Source: Fimbriimonadales bacterium
Lineage (GTDB): Bacteria > Armatimonadota > Fimbriimonadia > Fimbriimonadales > ATM1
Assembly: GCA_051003155.1 (NCBI GenBank)
Contig: JBPCLO010000041.1
Coordinates: 1-64,000 of the forward strand
Length of the DNA stretch: 64,000 bases
Reading direction: 5' to 3'
A model generated the notes under the pieces. It was not told the origin of the DNA and made no database searches. It saw nothing but the letters and a program-made list of their open reading frames with translations. The position numbers and the translations under genes were made by a program. Of this stretch, positions 58,311 through 64,000 are shown one piece after another. Numbering within the stretch: the first letter of the stretch is position 1; every line of letters starts with the position of its first letter.

Positions 58311-59770
58311 GACCGCTGCTAGCGGTTACGCTTTTGGCGCTTCAATGTACGGTGTGCGGCCAAGACGTAGCCATCGGGTCGAAGCAATTCCCCGAGTCGG
58401 AGATCCTCGGCGAGATCATGGTGCAACTCGCCACCACGGCCGGCGCGAAAGCTGAGCACAAGAAGCAGATGGGTGGCACGAAGATACTTTGGGAAGCCCT
58501 AAAGCGGGGCGATATCGACGCCTACCCCGAATACACCGGGACCATTATTCAAGAAATTCTCCCTCCCGTGTTCAAGTCAGAGGCTGGCGGAACGCAGGCA
58601 GAGTGGTACGAGGAGGACCTTCGCACCTTAGGAATTCGCGCCACCAAGCCGCTTGGATTCAACAACACCTACGCTCTCGGCATGAAGAGCGAGACCGCGG
58701 CGGAACTCGGAATCGAGAGCATATCGGACCTGCGACAGCACCCCAATCTCGCCTTCGGCCTAAGCAACGAATTCATGAGCCGCGCGGACGGTTGGCCCGG
58801 CCTCAAGCGCTCATACGGCTTGCCTCAAACCAATGTGCGCGGGCTGAAACACGAACTTGCGTACGGCGCGCTCAACAGCGGCAAAATCGGTCTCACCGAC
58901 CTCTATTCGACCGACGCCGAGATCGCGAAGTATGGCCTCTTGGTCTTAAAGGACGACCGAGGGAACTTCCCGAGATACGACGCCGTGATCCTCTACCGCG
59001 AAGGCCTCGATCCGAAGGCGGTCGCCTCGTTCAAGAAACTGGAAGGCGCGATCGACGAAGCCAAGATGATCGCGATGAACTCGGCTGTTTCCGTCGACGG
59101 TAAGAGCGCCGGCTCGGTCGCCAAGAAGTTCCTCTCGGAGCGGTTGCAGGTCCAATCGACATCCCGCGAAGAGACGCGCGCAGAACGAATCCTCGGCCAC
59201 GGGCTGGAGCACCTGAAGCTCGTCGCCGTTTCGCTCTTCGCCGCGATTGTGGTGGCTATCCCGCTGGGGATTCTCGCATTCCGCAGCAAGGCTGTGGGAC
59301 ACATCGTGCTGGCCGTCGTCGGTGTGATCCAGACGATTCCGTCCTTGGCGCTGCTGGTGTTTCTCATCCCGCTGATGGGAATCGGCGAGGTCCCTGCGAT
59401 TTTCGCGCTCTTCCTCTACAGTCTCCTGCCGATCGTTCGGAATACGTACACGGGCCTTCACGACATCCCCGGCCCGATCCGCGATTCGGCCGCGGCGCTT
59501 GGATTGGAGGAAGGGCAGCGGCTCAGGCTGGTCTACCTGCCGATGGCGGCGAGGACGATTCTCGCGGGGATCAAAACGTCGGCGGTGATCAACGTCGGCA
59601 CGGCCACGCTCGGCGCTCTTATCGGGGCGGGAGGCTTCGGAGAGCCGATCATCACGGGCCTGACGCTGAACAATATCGGCCTGGTCTTAGAAGGCGCGAT
59701 CCCGGCAGCCGCTTTGGCGCTGGTGGTCCAAGGCATCTTCGAGTTCTCGGACCGGTTCTTTGTACGTTAG
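58307..59770 (+). CDS. Fused substrate-binding protein/permease, betaine/ergothioneine-type ABC importer
   Basis: IGSKQFPE, YPEYTGT, GFNNTY (OpuAC-like); QTIPSLALL, LGALIGAGG permease. Confidence 0.88.
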   Translation: MRPLLAVTLLALQCTVCGQDVAIGSKQFPESEILGEIMVQLATTAGAKAEHKKQMGGTKILWEALKRGDIDAYPEYTGTIIQEILPPVFKSEAGGTQAEWYEEDLRTLGIRATKPLGFNNTYALGMKSETAAELGIESISDLRQHPNLAFGLSNEFMSRADGWPGLKRSYGLPQTNVRGLKHELAYGALNSGKIGLTDLYSTDAEIAKYGLLVLKDDRGNFPRYDAVILYREGLDPKAVASFKKLEGAIDEAKMIAMNSAVSVDGKSAGSVAKKFLSERLQVQSTSREETRAERILGHGLEHLKLVAVSLFAAIVVAIPLGILAFRSKAVGHIVLAVVGVIQTIPSLALLVFLIPLMGIGEVPAIFALFLYSLLPIVRNTYTGLHDIPGPIRDSAAALGLEEGQRLRLVYLPMAARTILAGIKTSAVINVGTATLGALIGAGGFGEPIITGLTLNNIGLVLEGAIPAAALALVVQGIFEFSDRFFVR

Positions 59771-59867
59771 CCCCGATCCTCACACCATCTTTCGTAGGTC
59801 GCGTGCGGGCTCTCACAGATGAAGAACGACGGAAGAGTTCTTTCACGTAAAATGCTGCGGGCATCCC

Positions 59868-60578
59868 ATGAAGGTCTCCTCCCACGAACCCGTCACCCAG
59901 CTCAAACGTATCCCAATCGTCGAGTGCGGTGAGCCACTAGTGGACTACGTGCACCTGTGCCCCAAGCTGCTCATCGCGAAGCCCAGATGGCGCTACGAGC
60001 GGGCAACGCTGCTGCGGCGAGACGTCGCGCACAGGTTGTGTCGGGCGGCAGAATCGCTTCCGGACGGATACCGGCTGGCGATCGTCGAGGGCTGGCGGCC
60101 GCCGCACATCCAGAGGCGCATGTACAGAGCCGCCTTGCGTCGGTGGAAAGAAATTCACCCCGACTGGAGCGACCTGGCCCTCAGGCGTCTCGCGAACCGC
60201 TTCACTGCGCCGCCGAACATCAAAGTGCCTCCACCGCACACGACCGGCGGGGTCTTCGACCTCTTGCTCGCCGACGGGGAAGGCAGCGAGCTCGACCACT
60301 CCTCACCCTACGAATCCCGCGATCGGCGCGCGTATCCCTTCGCCGCACCCGGTTTGACCAAGGAAGCGCGCAGCCATCGAGAGATTCTGAGAGAGGCTCT
60401 CGAAAGCGCGGGAATCACGAATTACCCGAGCGAGTATTGGCACTGGTCGTATGGGGACCAAGGCTGGGCATATCGGGGCGGCCATCTCCACGCGATATAC
60501 GGGCCGACCGCACCGCCGGGCTACGTTCCCCCTCCGGGGGACGACACGGATGAGCCGCTCGAATGGGTCGGCTCGTAG
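59868..60578 (+). CDS. M15D D-Ala-D-Ala dipeptidase (VanX/DdpX-like)
   Basis: EGWRP..Q, PPHTTGGVFD, EYWHW. Confidence 0.85.
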   Translation: MKVSSHEPVTQLKRIPIVECGEPLVDYVHLCPKLLIAKPRWRYERATLLRRDVAHRLCRAAESLPDGYRLAIVEGWRPPHIQRRMYRAALRRWKEIHPDWSDLALRRLANRFTAPPNIKVPPPHTTGGVFDLLLADGEGSELDHSSPYESRDRRAYPFAAPGLTKEARSHREILREALESAGITNYPSEYWHWSYGDQGWAYRGGHLHAIYGPTAPPGYVPPPGDDTDEPLEWVGS

Positions 60579-60595
60579 CGTGTACACTTCGCGGT

Positions 60596-61099
60596 ATGCG
60601 TGCGTACCTCAGTCTGGGTAGCAACGTCGGCGACCGGCTCGCGAACCTTCAAGCCGCCGTGAACTTCGTAGACCTGCGTGCAGGCCGTGTGTCGAAAATC
60701 TCGAGGGTCTATGAGACGGCTCCGCTGTACGTCCTCGACCAGGCGGCCTTCTACAACGCCGTGATCGAAATCGAAACTGACCTCGAGCCCCTCGCGCTGC
60801 TGTCACGCATAAAGGAGATCGAGTACGAAGTAGGCCGGATCCCGAGGCAGCGCTGGGGCCCCCGTGAGATCGACGTGGACATCCTCTGTCTTGTCGACGG
60901 CCGTAACAACCAAATCCGGGTCAATGTGAAGGAATTGACGCTTCCGCACCCGCACATGGCCGAGCGTCGCTTCGTGATTGACCCGATGAAGGAAATGGCG
61001 GAATCCCTCCTACCCAAAACGGGGCTGGACAAGAAGAAACTGATGCTACAACACGTCAAAGTTGTGGAGGACGCGAAGCTTTCGGTCCACCGAGACTGA
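60596..61099 (+). CDS. folK: 6-hydroxymethyl-7,8-dihydropterin pyrophosphokinase
   Basis: LSLGSNVG, YETAP, WGPREIDVDIL, LPHP..ERRFV. Confidence 0.95.
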   Translation: MRAYLSLGSNVGDRLANLQAAVNFVDLRAGRVSKISRVYETAPLYVLDQAAFYNAVIEIETDLEPLALLSRIKEIEYEVGRIPRQRWGPREIDVDILCLVDGRNNQIRVNVKELTLPHPHMAERRFVIDPMKEMAESLLPKTGLDKKKLMLQHVKVVEDAKLSVHRD

Positions 61100-61100
61100 C

Positions 61101-62312
61101 ATGGCCGCGAAGTCATTTACCTATATCGCGATGGACAGGCGTGGCGAGCGCCAAACCGGGAGCCTGAGCGCGACCACCGAGGCACAGGCGCGCGATCAGC
61201 TGACTCGTCAGGGCCTTCTTGTGGAACATGTCTCGGAGGCGGCGCCGCCCGCCACCCGGAGCATATTTCAAAAGAACGTCGCGGGGCCTCTTGTCGGCAA
61301 GGTCCCTTACGACCATCTATCGGGGTTTTTCCGCCAGCTCGCGGCGATGCACCGCGCGGGGGTGCCCCTCGTCCAAGCGCTCGACACCCTCGCGAAAGGC
61401 ACTCGACACAACAAGCTGCGCGCCGTTGTGGAGGCGATGAGGGCGCGGGTCGTGTCGGGCGGCAAGATCTCGGAAGTCATGGACGAGTATCCGGAGGTGT
61501 TCTCGGCGCTGCAAGTCGCGCTCGTCAAGGCAGGCGAGCACGGCGGCGTTCTGGACAAGAGCCTCGACCAAGTCAATGAATACCTCCAGCGCGAAATCAA
61601 GCTCCGCAACCAGATCAAATCGTACACGTTCTATCCCAAACTGCTCCTCGCCGTAGCGGCCATCACCGTGATCGTCGCCAATATCATTATCGCGGTGATT
61701 GCCAGCCAGACCGGCGGCCCGCGGATGTTCCTCGAAATGCCGTTTCTGCAGCCGGGTGTGCTGATGTGGCTCGTGCCGGCGCTAGTTGGCGCCTTCCTCT
61801 TCTTCCGCCTCGGCGTTCACAATCCGAAGCTTTTGCCCGCTATACACAAGTTCTTCCTCGGCATTCCGTACTTCGGGCACACGTTGCACATGCTGGCGAT
61901 GGCGAAGTTCGGCCGGGCCTTCGCCGCCTTATACGCCGGCGGGGTCCCGATGGGAAACTCGATCCGTCTGGCAGCGGATTCCTCAGGGAACGAGCACATC
62001 CGACAAAGCATCTATCCGGCAGCGGGCAAAATCGAAGAGGGCGCGGGCGTCGCGAAGTCCATGGCAGAGACCGGGGCGTTTACCGACGTCGCCCTTGAGA
62101 TGGCCGCGACCGGCGAGCAGACGGGCAATCTCGACGGCATGCTGGACCACATGGCGGCGTACTACGAGGGCGAATCGGAGGTGCGCGTCGAGAAGAGCGC
62201 TAAGACAACCGCCACGGTCGTATTGATCATAGTACTGCTCCTTGTCGCGTACGGAATCATGATGTTCTGGATAAACTACTTCGGCGGTATTGTCGAGATG
62301 GCTGGTGAGTGA
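61101..62312 (+). CDS. pilC: Type II secretion F / type IV pilus platform protein
   Basis: FFRQLA..AGVPL, AGEHGGVL, YP, GEQTGNLD; three TM. Confidence 0.88.
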   Translation: MAAKSFTYIAMDRRGERQTGSLSATTEAQARDQLTRQGLLVEHVSEAAPPATRSIFQKNVAGPLVGKVPYDHLSGFFRQLAAMHRAGVPLVQALDTLAKGTRHNKLRAVVEAMRARVVSGGKISEVMDEYPEVFSALQVALVKAGEHGGVLDKSLDQVNEYLQREIKLRNQIKSYTFYPKLLLAVAAITVIVANIIIAVIASQTGGPRMFLEMPFLQPGVLMWLVPALVGAFLFFRLGVHNPKLLPAIHKFFLGIPYFGHTLHMLAMAKFGRAFAALYAGGVPMGNSIRLAADSSGNEHIRQSIYPAAGKIEEGAGVAKSMAETGAFTDVALEMAATGEQTGNLDGMLDHMAAYYEGESEVRVEKSAKTTATVVLIIVLLLVAYGIMMFWINYFGGIVEMAGE

Positions 62313-63393
62313 ACGGACCTACTACGTAGAGTTGGGGGTTGAAGAGTCGGCTTCACACGACGAAATTCGCAAGGCCTACCGCGATTTAGTCCTGAAGTAC
62401 CACCCCGACCGGTCCGGTGACGCGAAGACTACGGACAGGTTCGTTCGCATCGCCGAAGCGTACAGCGTGATCTCGGACTCCAAGAGGCGACGCGAGTACG
62501 ACGCAATGCTCAAATACCGTCGCGAGCGAGCAAAGCTCCTCGAAGAGAGGCCGAAACCGCATCAGGCTCCGCCCTCGAATCGGTCAAAGGCGCCTGGCAG
62601 GGACCCCGGTGACCTGGCCGCGAAAACCACTCAGGCCGCTGTGCTGTTTTCGCAAGGCAAGTTCGACCATGCCGAGAGCTTCGCGAGACTGGTGCTTAGG
62701 TCCGATCCCAACCGTGCGATGGCCCACGCGATCCTGGGCGACATCGCGAGGAGCCGCCAGGATTACCGAGGTGCCCTCGGCCACTACTCCTACGCGATGC
62801 AGATCGAACCGCAAAACCGCACTTTCGCCGCTCGATATGAGGAGGCGCTAAACCTGACTGCGACGTTCAGCCGATATGACGATGTCGCGCCCGCGACTCC
62901 GAACGCCGCAGCGCTCTGGGTCGCGGCCGTAGTCAGCGGGCTAATGCTTTTCTATGTGGCCGCCGTTCGCGAGCAGCCCTTCGCCGAGAACCTGAAACCG
63001 GTTTCGACGTGGACGTTCGGACTCATCATGATGCTCTTCATCAACGGCGTTGTGGCGGGCGCCGCGCTCGCAATTACCCAAACCGTGGATCGGTTCACGA
63101 GTGTCGCGCAGGGCAGTTCCGGCCGCATGAGTCCGGCTGTGGCTTTGGGTTTAGTCGCCGTCGCGAGCTTTTGGGCGTCTGCGTTCCTGTACGCCTTTTT
63201 GGGCCTCGTGCAAAAGTCGTTCACGTATAGCGTGAGCCGCGCGGTGACGACGGCGGGCGTCCTCGCCGTCAGCTACGCGCTGATGTCGCACTTCTCGCCC
63301 TCCATTTCCTGGGAGCAGACGCTACTGTGGGGCGGCAATCTGATCTACATCGGCCTCCTATGCGGCTGGACCGTGGCTGACGCCTTCCGCTGA
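62305..63393 (+). CDS. DnaJ-domain, TPR and multi-TM protein
   Basis: YHPD J-domain, TPR-like helices, five C-terminal hydrophobic segments. Confidence 0.82.
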   Translation: MSERTYYVELGVEESASHDEIRKAYRDLVLKYHPDRSGDAKTTDRFVRIAEAYSVISDSKRRREYDAMLKYRRERAKLLEERPKPHQAPPSNRSKAPGRDPGDLAAKTTQAAVLFSQGKFDHAESFARLVLRSDPNRAMAHAILGDIARSRQDYRGALGHYSYAMQIEPQNRTFAARYEEALNLTATFSRYDDVAPATPNAAALWVAAVVSGLMLFYVAAVREQPFAENLKPVSTWTFGLIMMLFINGVVAGAALAITQTVDRFTSVAQGSSGRMSPAVALGLVAVASFWASAFLYAFLGLVQKSFTYSVSRAVTTAGVLAVSYALMSHFSPSISWEQTLLWGGNLIYIGLLCGWTVADAFR

Positions 63394-63429
63394 TCCTTGC
63401 GGAACGGCATTGCAGCGCCGCAGCGCGTT

Positions 63430-63571
63430 CCCCTGAGATCGGGTCCGAGGCGTACGAGATTCAACCTGACCCCATGCCCGATCTTTGGGAGTCTTGGATT
63501 CGACGCTCGGCCACGTGGAGAATGGGCGCCGTGCGCCGATGGCCTCGAAGTTCGTAATCCAATCTCAGGGG
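63430..63571. ncRNA. Candidate rod-shaped structured RNA (6S-like)
   Basis: Termini CCCCTGAGATCGGGT/ATCCAATCTCAGGGG pair; inner CGAGGC/GCCTCG and CCCAT/ATGGG stems flank a bubble. Confidence 0.3.
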
Positions 63572-63597
63572 CACACATACCGCCAAATTCTCGATTC

Positions 63598-64000
63598 TTA
63601 GGCGAACAGGCCGAGGGCGTCGTTTACCGAGCGGAAAGCGCCAAGCTTCATTCCAGGAACCGACTGGCTCCTTTTCAGGTTTTCTGAGACAGCTGCGCGC
63701 TTGAAGCCCATAGTCGCGGCCTCCGCCAGCCGGAGTTCTGCTGCGGCCACGCTGCGTATTTCGCCCGTCAAACCAATCTCCCCAAACGCCACCAAGTCGG
63801 GTGGCAGCGGCACGTCCTTGTGGCTGCTGACGACGGCGAGGAAAATGGCGAGGTCCGCTGCGGGCTCGCGTATTTGAAGCCCGCCCACGACGTTTATGAA
63901 CACATCGTGAGAACCGAGCCGAAGGCCGCCCCTCTTCTCGATGACGCTGAGCACCAGCATCGCTCGGTTGTAGTCCACTCCCGTGACGGTCCTTCGAGGA
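63598..64000 (-). CDS. radA: DNA repair protein RadA (3' part only)
   Basis: VIEKR.G, DVFINVVGG, EPAADL, GEIGLTGEIR, GFKR. Confidence 0.93.
   Translation of the reverse strand, partial: PRRTVTGVDYNRAMLVLSVIEKRGGLRLGSHDVFINVVGGLQIREPAADLAIFLAVVSSHKDVPLPPDLVAFGEIGLTGEIRSVAAAELRLAEAATMGFKRAAVSENLKRSQSVPGMKLGAFRSVNDALGLFA

Noticed and set aside
59868..60578. Glycopeptide-resistance (van) cluster
   Set aside because: The VanX-like gene is alone; no vanH, vanA, vanR or vanS nearby.

Overview
GC-rich, gene-dense bacterial chromosome segment of about 60 CDS, mostly housekeeping. The PEP-CTERM protein, the tamB-bamA-skp-lpx cluster, secreted beta-propeller proteins and a c-di-AMP riboswitch suggest a diderm Terrabacterium such as Armatimonadota (inference, not tested). 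In order, the window contains: a copper-resistance locus (YHS protein / arsR-copZ-copA); ppk1-ppx with a divergent Mesh1-like HD hydrolase whose 3' end is duplicated around an inserted orphan gene; lemA-htpX, nuoF, ileS-lspA, hslU, gyrB, polA and tRNA-Leu(CAA); a CstB-like enzyme and two glutamate dehydrogenases; an outer-membrane/lipid A operon and lipA; egtD-egtB with an ABC importer; folK, pilC and partial radA. There is no CRISPR array, integrase, transposase or reverse transcriptase. The most striking observation is a complete c-di-AMP (ydaO) riboswitch with terminator and antiterminator. It is followed not by a protein gene but by a ~100-nt structured element and a second hairpin, so it appears to control a non-coding RNA or form a tandem switch. 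Other notable items: an attenuator-like Trp-rich leader before an HNH nuclease gene, an elongated lipid-anchored Skp-like protein, a 6S-like rod hairpin, frequent leaderless-type starts and three genes each broken by a single lesion.
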